DNA of 64,000 bases. Origin: Firmicutes bacterium HGW-Firmicutes-8 (GTDB taxonomy: Bacteria; Bacillota; Thermincolia; Thermincolales; UBA2595). Under the pieces are notes generated by a model that saw only the letters and a list, made by a program, of their open reading frames with translations, searched no databases and had not been told where the DNA came from. Below are positions 9,645 through 18,689 of this stretch, in pieces (the stretch's first letter is position 1; every line of letters begins with the position of its first letter). The stretch spans positions 7,478-71,477 of the forward strand of contig PGZN01000005.1 in the NCBI GenBank assembly GCA_002840165.1, given 5' to 3'. The position numbers and the translations under genes are program-made.

Positions 9645-11915
9645 TTGCCAAAGAGAATCAAAATATTTATCAGTCTGATTTTATTTATTATTTATACTCT
9701 GGCCTTGGCCGCCGGACCTCTGGCCGCCAAAGGTCCGGATAAGAACCTGCCGGAGCATGGGCGGGCTGTTATAGTTGTAATTGATAAGATTTCGTGGGGC
9801 GATTTTGAGAAAGCCAATATCCCGGCGCTGAAAAAACTCGCCTCTGAAGGGGCCGTCGGGTTAATGACAACAAACCCGGCCGGAGGGAGCCCCAGAATAT
9901 CTCAAAACACGTATACTACAATCGGCGCCGGCGCTAAAGTACAGGGTTCCCAGTCAGGAGGCATGGCCTTCCACTCAACGGAGAAATATGAAAACGATAC
10001 CGCCGGTGTCGAATATTACAGGCGGACAGGCCTGCATGCAGGTGACAGGCAGGTAGTTCATCTGGGCATCGGCGAAACGAAAAAAGTCAATCTTAGCTTA
10101 AAATACAGTTATTCAATTGGGGCAATCGGAACTGTACTGCACCAGAACGAGTTAAAGACAGCTGTTATCGGCAATGCCGATATGCCCGGTTACCCTCAGC
10201 GGGAACAAAGGTATCACCGCGAGGCCGTGAATATCGCCATGGATAACTCCGGGATCGTAGACTATGGCAGTATATCATCCAATTCCTATTTGCCTGATCC
10301 ACGCAGTTTGGCCGGTGTTAAAACAGACTACAGGGCATTGTTGAACGAGTTTAACTATTTAAGCCAAAAAGCCAACCTGATCGTCATAGAAACCGGCGAT
10401 ACTTCCAGAATTGAGGAAATGACTCATCTAACCTCAGACGGTGTCGGGTCGGACGAAAAACTGAAAGCCCTGGCAGAGGTTGATACATTTATCGGTCAGC
10501 TGGTTAACATAATTGACTTGAAAAAAGACCTGCTGATGGTGGTCGCACCCGGGCCGTCAAATGAGGCGATGGAGCAGGGGGACTTCCTGACTCCATTTAT
10601 CATGGCCGGGAAAGATATCAGTAAGGGGTTAGTGTGGTCCGGAACGATAAAACGAAACGGGCTCATTGCAAATATCGATGTGGCCTCCAAAATTCTCGGT
10701 TATTTCACGCTTCCTCAGGTGGTTAAGGGCGACGGAACCGAGAAAGATATTTCGCTTGGCGGTCAGGTTATTGAGAGCAGGAATTCTGCTGACCCTATGG
10801 GGAAAATATCAAAACTCGGCAGAAATGCGGTTTTTTTGTATAATGCCCGATATCCTTTTGTCAAAAGCTATATAAATTCCGAACTTATTGTCCTCATCAT
10901 ATTTCTAGGCGCTGTTATCTGGCGAAAAAAAATCGGCAGATACCTGACACCCCTATTTCTGGGGTTTACTACCGTGCCTGGGATAATGCTGTGGGTCAAT
11001 TTGTTCCCCCGCCCCTCATTGGGTATTCTGGGAATAGAAGTAATCGGGGCTGCAGCCGTGATTACTCTTGGGGCACTGTTTATTGGACGAAAAAGGCCTT
11101 TGACCCCCTTCTTGATTACTTCAGGTTTAACTGCATTATTGATCGTTATAGATATATTTATCGGCGCCCCGCTGGCCAAAACATCTCCCTTCAGTTATGA
11201 TGTGATGTCAGGGGCCAGGTTTTACGGTATCGGCAATGAATACGCGGGAGTTCTTATTGGCTGTACAGTTGTTTTTGCCGGCCTGCTTATGGATATGTTT
11301 AAACACAGTCTCAAAATAATAAAGGTAATTAACTTAATAATGTTTTTAACGGTAATATATACGATAGCGGCTCCAAATCTTGGCACGGAGGTAGGTGGTA
11401 CAATTGCCGCCGCAGCCGGGTTCGGTATCACCGGGCTGATAATGTACGGGGGGAGTATAAATAGGAGGGCTGTTATCACGATAACGGTATCAGTCGTGGC
11501 GGTTCTAACTTGTTTTATCGCTTATGATTTGACAAGAGCAGTGGAAGCCCAATCCCACATCGGTCGGACAATCACCCTAATCAGCAGTGGTGGGCCGGAC
11601 GAGATAGGCAATATTATCACTCGTAAATGGATTGTCAATTGGAGATTGATAACAGGGACTACATGGAGTTGGTATTACTTTATCAGTGTGTTGGCCGTTC
11701 CTTTATTGGGCAGGCGTTTTCCCAGTGAATGCACGAGGTTTAAAGAAAACTATCCCTGGTTCAATAAATTCCTGACCGGGGTTTTTGTGAGCAGTATCTT
11801 TACTCTTCTTTTAAACGATTCCGGCATCGTATCTGCTGCGATGATGATAACTTACGCCATTTGGCCGTTCCTGACAGGCATCATTGCGAGTTGTCAGTTG
11901 ACAGTTGACAGTTGA
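9645..11915 (+). CDS. Large membrane protein, paralog of 2455..4572
   Basis: 756 aa with the same architecture and conserved blocks (GARFYGIGNEYAGVLIG, GTEVGGTIAAAAG). The last residues (..QLTVDS) and the stop are encoded by a heptamer array. Confidence 0.7.
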   Translation: MPKRIKIFISLILFIIYTLALAAGPLAAKGPDKNLPEHGRAVIVVIDKISWGDFEKANIPALKKLASEGAVGLMTTNPAGGSPRISQNTYTTIGAGAKVQGSQSGGMAFHSTEKYENDTAGVEYYRRTGLHAGDRQVVHLGIGETKKVNLSLKYSYSIGAIGTVLHQNELKTAVIGNADMPGYPQREQRYHREAVNIAMDNSGIVDYGSISSNSYLPDPRSLAGVKTDYRALLNEFNYLSQKANLIVIETGDTSRIEEMTHLTSDGVGSDEKLKALAEVDTFIGQLVNIIDLKKDLLMVVAPGPSNEAMEQGDFLTPFIMAGKDISKGLVWSGTIKRNGLIANIDVASKILGYFTLPQVVKGDGTEKDISLGGQVIESRNSADPMGKISKLGRNAVFLYNARYPFVKSYINSELIVLIIFLGAVIWRKKIGRYLTPLFLGFTTVPGIMLWVNLFPRPSLGILGIEVIGAAAVITLGALFIGRKRPLTPFLITSGLTALLIVIDIFIGAPLAKTSPFSYDVMSGARFYGIGNEYAGVLIGCTVVFAGLLMDMFKHSLKIIKVINLIMFLTVIYTIAAPNLGTEVGGTIAAAAGFGITGLIMYGGSINRRAVITITVSVVAVLTCFIAYDLTRAVEAQSHIGRTITLISSGGPDEIGNIITRKWIVNWRLITGTTWSWYYFISVLAVPLLGRRFPSECTRFKENYPWFNKFLTGVFVSSIFTLLLNDSGIVSAAMMITYAIWPFLTGIIASCQLTVDS

Positions 11916-12002
11916 CAGTATAAAACATTTTAGCATCGTTCCCAGTAATGCGGAATGATATATATCAGATATCTGACAACTGTCAACTGACAACTGTCAA
12001 CT
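11890..12002. repeat. Inverted pair of heptamer arrays: (GTTGACA)x4 at 11890-11919 and (CTGACAA/CTGTCAA)x4 at 11973-12002
   Basis: Period-7 tandem units read directly. The second array is an imperfect reverse complement of the first, with a 53-nt spacer. Confidence 0.9.
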
Positions 12003-12021
12003 ATTAAGGAGGTATGAATTA

Positions 12022-12570
12022 ATGAAAGTAGGAATCCTCAGTGATACCCATGGTTCGGCCCTGGCTTGGGAAAAGGCCTGTAAAATTCTTGCCGGCTGTG
12101 AACTGATTGTCCATGCTGGGGATGTCCTTTATCACGGGCCGCGCAACCCTTTACCTGATGGGCATAACCCGCAGAAACTGGCTGAACTGATTAACAGCAG
12201 TCCAGTTCCCGTCATTTTTGCCAAAGGTAACTGCGACGCTGACATCGACTCGGTTCTAATCAGATACCCAATCCAGTCCCCCTATGCAGTGATTTATATT
12301 AACGGTAAGACCGTCGTAGCTGCGCACGGGACTGATATGGATGATACTGTCATCGCTGAAAAAGCTGTGATATATAAGGCGGATATTTTCATCAGCGGAC
12401 ACACCCATATTCCGAGGCTGGAAAGAAGCGGCGCCACCATATTTGTCAACCCCGGGAGCTGCGCACTGCCCAAGGGTAGTGCGGGCCCGACCGCTGCCGT
12501 TTGGGATGAAAGAGGGATAACCGTGCTGGGCATTAACGACGGTACAGTTGTTAAAGATATTAGGTTTTAG
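12022..12570 (+). CDS. YfcE/MJ0936-family metallophosphoesterase
   Basis: MKVGILSDTHG, GDVLYHGPRN, GNCD and GHTH motifs. Confidence 0.8.
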   Translation: MKVGILSDTHGSALAWEKACKILAGCELIVHAGDVLYHGPRNPLPDGHNPQKLAELINSSPVPVIFAKGNCDADIDSVLIRYPIQSPYAVIYINGKTVVAAHGTDMDDTVIAEKAVIYKADIFISGHTHIPRLERSGATIFVNPGSCALPKGSAGPTAAVWDERGITVLGINDGTVVKDIRF

Positions 12571-12661
12571 TAACATAACTGGGTTAGGGAATAGTATATA
12601 TAAAGTAAAAAAGCCACCTAAAAGGTGACTTTCACTCAAAACATTTTTGTTTAATTCTTTT

Positions 12662-12695
12662 ACTGGCCACTGGTCACTGGCAACCGGCCACTGAC
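12662..12695. repeat. Heptamer array ACTGGCC/ACTGGTC/ACTGGCA/ACCGGCC/ACTGAC
   Basis: Five consecutive 7-nt units that overlap the 3' end and stop codon of rpmB. Confidence 0.8.
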
Positions 12696-12883
12696 TTTAC
12701 GGCCCGGGTAACTTTTCCCGAACGCAGGCACCTTGTGCATACATTGAGCCGGATAGGTGTCCCGTTGACCATGGCACGAACTTTTTGGATATTAGGTGAC
12801 CATGTCCTCTTGGTCCGGATATGGGAGTGACTTACCTGAATACCTGTTGAAACTCCCTTACCGCAGATTTCACATTTAGCCAC
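12674..12883 (-). CDS. rpmB: 50S ribosomal protein L28
   Basis: MAKCEICGKGVSTGIQVSHSHIRTKRTWSPNIQKVRA.. is a typical L28. The C-terminal tail VKSVAGCQ is encoded by the heptamer array. Confidence 0.9.
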   Translation of the reverse strand: MAKCEICGKGVSTGIQVSHSHIRTKRTWSPNIQKVRAMVNGTPIRLNVCTRCLRSGKVTRAVKSVAGCQ

Positions 12884-13015
12884 GGAGATCCACCTCCTTT
12901 ACGAATTCATAGCTTTACTATTGTATCAAATAACTGGTTTAAATGCAAGACAATACAATTAAATTTGTTCCAGAGGAGGATTTATCTAGGTTTTTGTAGA
13001 AAGCTACACATGAAT

Positions 13016-13092
13016 ACAATTGACAATTGACAATTGACAATTGACAATTAGCAGCTAGCAGCTAGCAGCTAGCAACTAGCAACTAGCAACTA
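13016..13092. repeat. Composite heptamer array: (ACAATTG)x5 then (TAGCAGC)x3 then (TAGCAAC)x3
   Basis: Eleven contiguous 7-nt units that end a few nt before the RBS GAAGGAGGG of the next gene. Confidence 0.9.
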
Positions 13093-13112
13093 TTAAAGAA
13101 GGAGGGCCTGAC

Positions 13113-13310
13113 ATGTTTCGTAAAGAAATGTCTATAATGGAAGCCCTGCAGGTACACCCGAAAGCAAGGGATATCTTCAAAAAACATGGAATGGCCTGTC
13201 TTAGCTGCATGGGTGCAATGCAAGAGACAATACAGGTCGGTGCAGAAATGCATGACATAAAGACTGATGTTCTAATAAAAGAGTTAAACGCTTTGCTGGT
13301 GGAAAATTGA
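13113..13310 (+). CDS. DUF1858 / hybrid-cluster-protein-associated redox disulfide domain protein
   Basis: A 65-aa ORF with ..IFKKHGMACLSCMGAMQETI..HDI..LIKELN, a typical DUF1858 pattern. Confidence 0.6.
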   Translation: MFRKEMSIMEALQVHPKARDIFKKHGMACLSCMGAMQETIQVGAEMHDIKTDVLIKELNALLVEN

Positions 13311-13375
13311 TAAAGATGAGGATTATACCTCATCTTTTTTAGAAGAAAAAGTTTCAAACCTTAGTATCGGAAGGG

Positions 13376-13741
13376 GTGAAAAGTTTGGGTCAAAAGCAGG
13401 ATATGGGTTCAGTTAATATATCGGAAGAAGTTATTGCGACTATTGCCGGGGCTGCAGCAATTGAGTGCTGCGGGTTGGTTGGGATGTCTTCCATGAAATT
13501 AAAAGATGGACTGGCTCAGTTGTTAGGCAAGGAAGATCTTAAAAAAGGTGTTCAGGTATCAATCGAAGGAGAGGAAGTTGTCCTGGACCTTTTTATTGTT
13601 GTTGGCTACGGGGTCAATATAGCCGAAGTGGCCAGAAATGTGATAGAACGTGTACAATATAATATAGAAAACCAAACCGGGTTAAAGGTGAAAAATATTA
13701 ATATAAATGTTCAAGGGATAAAGGTTACCAATGAAGTGTGA
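13376..13741 (+). CDS. Asp23/Gls24-family alkaline shock protein (YloU-like)
   Basis: VNISEEVIATIAGAAAIECCGLVGM.. Asp23 signature, and Bacillus-like position next to yloV. The start could be ATG 13403. Confidence 0.8.
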   Translation: MKSLGQKQDMGSVNISEEVIATIAGAAAIECCGLVGMSSMKLKDGLAQLLGKEDLKKGVQVSIEGEEVVLDLFIVVGYGVNIAEVARNVIERVQYNIENQTGLKVKNININVQGIKVTNEV

Positions 13742-15362
13742 ATCCCAGAGGGAGGAGCGTGTGGAGACAAGCATTCTAAATGGGCTTGACCTGAAAAGGA
13801 TGCTCGATTCGGGTTTAGCCCGGTTAACTGACAGGTATAAAGAGGTTGATTCCCTGAATGTGTTTCCTGTCCCGGACGGTGATACCGGGACAAATATGTA
13901 TTTAACCCTCGTTGGAGCCGTTAACGAGACGGACACGGCGGCTGACAAAATTTCCATAGGTGATGTTGCCGCGGCCGCTGCCAGAGGAGCTTTGATGGGC
14001 GCCAGAGGCAATTCGGGGGTTATTCTTTCCCAGTTATTAAGAGGTTTAGCGAAGGGTTTAAAGGATATGGACAGGGTGACCGGCAAGGTTTTTGCCGAGG
14101 CCCTTGATGAAGGAGTTAAGGCTGCTTTTAAGGCTGTAATGAAACCGGTGGAAGGGACGATCTTAACGGTGGCGAGGGAAGCCGCCAAAGAAGCGGTCAG
14201 GGCTGCCGGACAAAATTCAGCTGTGATCAATATTTTGCAGGCTTCCTGTATAGCAGCGGAAAAGACCCTGGACTTGACCCCAGAACTGCTCCCAGTCTTA
14301 AAGGAAGCCGGGGTAGTGGATGCCGGAGGGATGGGTTGGCTGATTATCCTGCAGGGTTTCTGTTTAGCCCAGGAAGGCGGGGAAATTGTAAATGCTAATT
14401 ATGCCGTTTTACCTGCCCAAAAAATCAATGCCGCGGCAGAAGGTCAAGGCAGCTTTAAATACCCTTACTGTACCGAGGCGCTCGTCAAGAAGAACAAGTC
14501 AAATGTCATGGGCCTAAGAGAAAAACTGTCAAAGTACGGTGACAGTTTAATGGTAGTCGAAACCGAAGGGTACATCAGGGTACATATCCACAGCGACCAT
14601 CCGGGTGAAGTGCTCGAAATATGCCTCAAATACGGTTCTCTGAAAAATGTCAAAATCAATAATATGAAAGAACAGGCGGCCGGTAAAACATCCCCGAAAG
14701 ACGCTAAACCTTACGGTATAGTAGCTGTCGCCCCAGGGGAGGGTTTAAAAGAGATAATGGAAAGCCTCGGGGCTGACCGGATAGTCCTGGGTGGGCAGAC
14801 AATGAACCCCAGCATTCGGGAATTGTTACAGGGAGTTGAAGAAATAGATTCTGATACGGCGATAATTTTACCGAATAACAGCAACATCCTGATGACAGCC
14901 AATCAAGTCGGCTCACTTACTCCCAAACAGATTAAGGTAATCCCGGCAACGACTGTCCCTCAAGGGATCGCTGCTTTGATGGCTTATACACCGGGGACGC
15001 AGATAGATAAAATAACAGGATTAATGAATGAATCCCTCAAACGCGTCAAAACCGGTGAAGTTACTTATGCTGTGAGGAAAAGCAAATACGATGGACAAGT
15101 GATTAAAAAGGGCAGTATTATCGGGCTTTTTGACGATAAAATAGTGAATGTAGGTAGTAACGTCACAGAAGTGGTATTAAGCCTGCTGAAAAAGATGGTT
15201 ACCCCGGCAGATGAGGTTTGCACCCTCTATTACGGTGATATGATTACGAGCCTGGAGGCAAAAAACCTGATGGAGAGGATAGCAGAACAATTTGCTGATA
15301 TGGAATTTGAACTGCACTATGGGGGTCAACCGCTCTATTATTATATAATATCAGTAGAGTAG
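13731..15362 (+). CDS. DAK2 domain fusion protein (YloV-like)
   Basis: DGDTGTNM motif, about 540 aa, with synteny to asp23 and degV/recG. An alternative GTG start lies at 13761. Confidence 0.85.
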   Translation: MKCESQREERVETSILNGLDLKRMLDSGLARLTDRYKEVDSLNVFPVPDGDTGTNMYLTLVGAVNETDTAADKISIGDVAAAAARGALMGARGNSGVILSQLLRGLAKGLKDMDRVTGKVFAEALDEGVKAAFKAVMKPVEGTILTVAREAAKEAVRAAGQNSAVINILQASCIAAEKTLDLTPELLPVLKEAGVVDAGGMGWLIILQGFCLAQEGGEIVNANYAVLPAQKINAAAEGQGSFKYPYCTEALVKKNKSNVMGLREKLSKYGDSLMVVETEGYIRVHIHSDHPGEVLEICLKYGSLKNVKINNMKEQAAGKTSPKDAKPYGIVAVAPGEGLKEIMESLGADRIVLGGQTMNPSIRELLQGVEEIDSDTAIILPNNSNILMTANQVGSLTPKQIKVIPATTVPQGIAALMAYTPGTQIDKITGLMNESLKRVKTGEVTYAVRKSKYDGQVIKKGSIIGLFDDKIVNVGSNVTEVVLSLLKKMVTPADEVCTLYYGDMITSLEAKNLMERIAEQFADMEFELHYGGQPLYYYIISVE

Positions 15363-15382
15363 ACTTAAAGAGAGGTATTTTT

Positions 15383-16228
15383 ATGGGCAGGGTCAGGATA
15401 GTAACTGACAGTACAGCCGACATACCCCAGGAACTGGTAGACGAGTTAGGTATCATCGTGGTTCCCCTGAAGGTAAGCTTCGGCAGTGACATTTACCGGG
15501 ATGGGGTTGATATTAAGCCCAGGGAGTTTATTGCCCTGATGGAAAAAGAGAAAGTAATGCCAACCACGTCGCAGCCGTCTCCAGGTGAATTTGTCTCTGT
15601 ATATGAAAATCTGGCAGCCAAAGGGGATACCGTAGTATCTATCCATTTATCAGGCAAGCTTAGCGGGACAGTGCAGTCTGCCCAAACCGCCAAGGCGATG
15701 ACAGGCGCCCGTGATGTTTATATAATTGACTCCAAAACAGCCAGCATGGGGTTGGGGTTAATAGTCCTGGCTGCTGCGAAAGCGGCCAAGGAAGGCCAAC
15801 CGATTAGAGAGGTTATGTCTGTAATTAAATACAAGATGGCAAGAACGTTTGTCATTTTTCTCGTTGACACCTTAGAATACCTGGAAAAGGGCGGGCGGAT
15901 CGGTAAAGCAAGCGCTCTTCTGGGGACCATGTTAAAGATTAAACCCATTCTGACTGTAGATGCAGGGCAGGTTATCCCACTTGAGAAAGTCCGGGGGAAA
16001 GCCGCAGCTATTGATCGGATAGCCCAAATAGTTACAGACAGGACCGATATTTCCAAACACTATGTATGTTCTTTTCTGTATGGAAATGACTATGAGGCCA
16101 TGACCAGCCTAAAAGAAAAGGTCCTGCCGGTTTTCAACTGCGGAAATCTTATTGTTACAGAGGTAGGGCCGGTAATCATGTCCCATACAGGACCCGGAAT
16201 CGTTGGAGTTGTTCTGTGCCGAGCCTAG
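15383..16228 (+). CDS. DegV-family fatty-acid-binding protein
   Basis: RIVTDSTADIPQEL.., TSQPSPGEF. Confidence 0.85.
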   Translation: MGRVRIVTDSTADIPQELVDELGIIVVPLKVSFGSDIYRDGVDIKPREFIALMEKEKVMPTTSQPSPGEFVSVYENLAAKGDTVVSIHLSGKLSGTVQSAQTAKAMTGARDVYIIDSKTASMGLGLIVLAAAKAAKEGQPIREVMSVIKYKMARTFVIFLVDTLEYLEKGGRIGKASALLGTMLKIKPILTVDAGQVIPLEKVRGKAAAIDRIAQIVTDRTDISKHYVCSFLYGNDYEAMTSLKEKVLPVFNCGNLIVTEVGPVIMSHTGPGIVGVVLCRA

Positions 16229-16243
16229 ATAAAAATCTGGTGG

Positions 16244-18661
16244 GTGCTGAGAATGGAAGATGTCTTAAGGCTTATTGACATGATAAAAAAGGCTTCAATT
16301 GTGGAAACTAAAATGGGATATAAAAATGCCGCCGTTTTCGGCGGTTTTAGTGCTTTTGTTGTTTCTTCCACCCTGAATATCTGCGCGATTCTTGGAAATA
16401 CTATGCCCCCTGAAGGTTTGGCTGAGATCTGCCGCGTATCAGGCTTAATGAAAAAATATACAGACAATGGGCCAAAGGAGAGGGAAAACATCGTCAAAGA
16501 TACGATGCGTGTTTTAAAGCTGTTGGCTGAGAAGATCGGGCAGTCAAAGCATGGAACCATTGTCACCAAACAGGCTAAGGCTGCCGTTGTCCCTAGAAAG
16601 GTTACGGCTGGTACGGGCCTGCAGTTTTTAAAGAGTGTAGGCCCCAAGAGAGCGAGTCTCCTTAACCGGCTCGGGATTAATACTGTTAAGGACCTCCTGT
16701 ACCATTTTCCGAGAAGATACGAAGACAGGAGCCGGTTAAAAAAATTTCACGAACTGCAGGATGGTGATACAGATACCGTCATGGGGACCGTCGTAGGGTG
16801 CCAGGAAATCAGGCCGCGCAGGGGTTTAACGATAACGAAGGCCGCTGTTCACGATGGCAGTTCAGTTGGTTATGCTGTCTGGTTTAATCAACCCTATGTA
16901 AAGAAACAGCTGGCTCAGGGCACTGAATTACTTGTTACCGGTAAGGTTGAGCGTAAATACGGGAATGTCCAGATTACTGTTGCTGATTTTGAGACATCTG
17001 ATAAAGAAGACCAGGTCCACAGTGGGCGAATTGTCCCTGTCTATCCGGCCACCGAGGGCCTGCAGGCCAGGACCCTGCGCTCAATCATGAAAACAGCTGT
17101 TGACCGTTATGTAAACGAACAGGAAGAGTTTTTACCAACAAGTCTGATCAAAAAATACGGGTTTTTCATTCTGCCCCAGGCTCTAACCAACATTCATTTT
17201 CCCGAAAAAATGAAGGATGTGGAAGAAGCCCGGCGCCGCCTCGTTTTTGAAGAACTTTTTATCCTGCAGCTGGGAGTTGGCTTACAAAAGGTTACTCAGC
17301 TCGAGGAAAAGGGAATCAGGCACAAAAAAAATATGGACTTAATGGAGATGTTCCTGCAGAGCCTGCCGTTCCCCCTGACCGGGGCCCAGCATGTCGTGCT
17401 GAATGAAATTTACAGTGATATGGAAGACAGTAAAACTATGAACCGGCTCCTGCAGGGAGATGTTGGCTCAGGTAAAACCGTAGTAGCCGTATCAGCCTTA
17501 GTTAAGACAGTTGAGAGCGGGTATCAGGGGGCGATGATGGCCCCTACGGAAATTCTGGCTGAACAGCATTTCCAGGGTTTATCCAGGCTTCTTCAGCCGT
17601 TGGGTATCAAGGTCGCTCTGCTGACCGGAAGCCTGTCTAAGAAAGAAAAAGAAGAAGTGATTGCAGATACCGGGAGTGGAAGAGTTGATATAGTTGTCGG
17701 AACCCACGCCGTTATCCAGGAAGAGGTTGTGTTTCAAAAACTGGGCTTGGCAGTAACAGACGAACAGCACAGGTTTGGGGTCAAACAGAGGGCAAAACTT
17801 AGAGAAAAGGGTTATAATCCGGATGTCCTTGTGATGACAGCCACCCCCATTCCCCGCACACTTGCTCTGACTGTTTACGGAGACCTCGATATATCGGTCC
17901 TGGATGAGCTGCCGCCAGGCCGGCGGCCGATTAAAACATACTGGATATCAAGTAAAATGAAGCCCAGGGTGTACAATTTTATCAGGGAACAGGTCAAAGA
18001 CGGGAAACAGGTATATTATGTATGTCCACTTGTTGAGGAGTCCGAAAAAATTGATGTCAGTGCGGCTGTCGAACTGGCGGAAACATTGCAGACGAAGGTA
18101 TTCCCTGACCTTACAGTCGGGCTGCTGCACGGGAGGTTGAAACAGGAAGCCAAGGAGACTGTGATGAATGAATTTAAAAAAGGCACAGCCAATATTTTAG
18201 TGGCCACAACTGTCGTCGAAGTGGGAGTCGATGTACCAAATGCCACGATGATTGTTATCGAGGATGCCGACCGGTTTGGCCTGGCTCAACTGCATCAGCT
18301 GCGCGGACGTGTCGGTCGGGGCGCCCACCAGTCTTACTGTATCCTGGTGGCAAATCCCTCTACCGAAGAGGGGAAATCCCGGCTTCGGGTTATGCAGTCC
18401 ACTTGTGACGGGTTTGTCATTGCCGAAGAAGACTTAAAACTGAGAGGGCCGGGGGAATTTTTCGGCACGAAACAGTCCGGGCTTCCTGATCTAAAGATAG
18501 CTGATATTATAAGGGATGTAAAAATACTGCAGACTGCCAGAGAAGAGGCTTTAAACCTTATCAGGCAGGACCCCGGCCTGCAAAGACCGGAACATGCTAA
18601 ACTTAGAAAAAAGGTTATTGATAAGTTTAAAGGGGTAGGAAACTATATAAAGATAAGTTAA
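16244..18661 (+). CDS. recG: ATP-dependent DNA helicase RecG
   Basis: Wedge region (HFPRRYEDR), Walker [25 protein letters not shown]. The ORF has an N-terminal extension of about 120 aa relative to the B. subtilis length, so the start is uncertain. Confidence 0.9.
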   Translation: MLRMEDVLRLIDMIKKASIVETKMGYKNAAVFGGFSAFVVSSTLNICAILGNTMPPEGLAEICRVSGLMKKYTDNGPKERENIVKDTMRVLKLLAEKIGQSKHGTIVTKQAKAAVVPRKVTAGTGLQFLKSVGPKRASLLNRLGINTVKDLLYHFPRRYEDRSRLKKFHELQDGDTDTVMGTVVGCQEIRPRRGLTITKAAVHDGSSVGYAVWFNQPYVKKQLAQGTELLVTGKVERKYGNVQITVADFETSDKEDQVHSGRIVPVYPATEGLQARTLRSIMKTAVDRYVNEQEEFLPTSLIKKYGFFILPQALTNIHFPEKMKDVEEARRRLVFEELFILQLGVGLQKVTQLEEKGIRHKKNMDLMEMFLQSLPFPLTGAQHVVLNEIYSDMEDSKTMNRLLQGDVGSGKTVVAVSALVKTVESGYQGAMMAPTEILAEQHFQGLSRLLQPLGIKVALLTGSLSKKEKEEVIADTGSGRVDIVVGTHAVIQEEVVFQKLGLAVTDEQHRFGVKQRAKLREKGYNPDVLVMTATPIPRTLALTVYGDLDISVLDELPPGRRPIKTYWISSKMKPRVYNFIREQVKDGKQVYYVCPLVEESEKIDVSAAVELAETLQTKVFPDLTVGLLHGRLKQEAKETVMNEFKKGTANILVATTVVEVGVDVPNATMIVIEDADRFGLAQLHQLRGRVGRGAHQSYCILVANPSTEEGKSRLRVMQSTCDGFVIAEEDLKLRGPGEFFGTKQSGLPDLKIADIIRDVKILQTAREEALNLIRQDPGLQRPEHAKLRKKVIDKFKGVGNYIKIS

Positions 18662-18689
18662 GAGACATGGAAGGCTAAGGGGGGATTAG

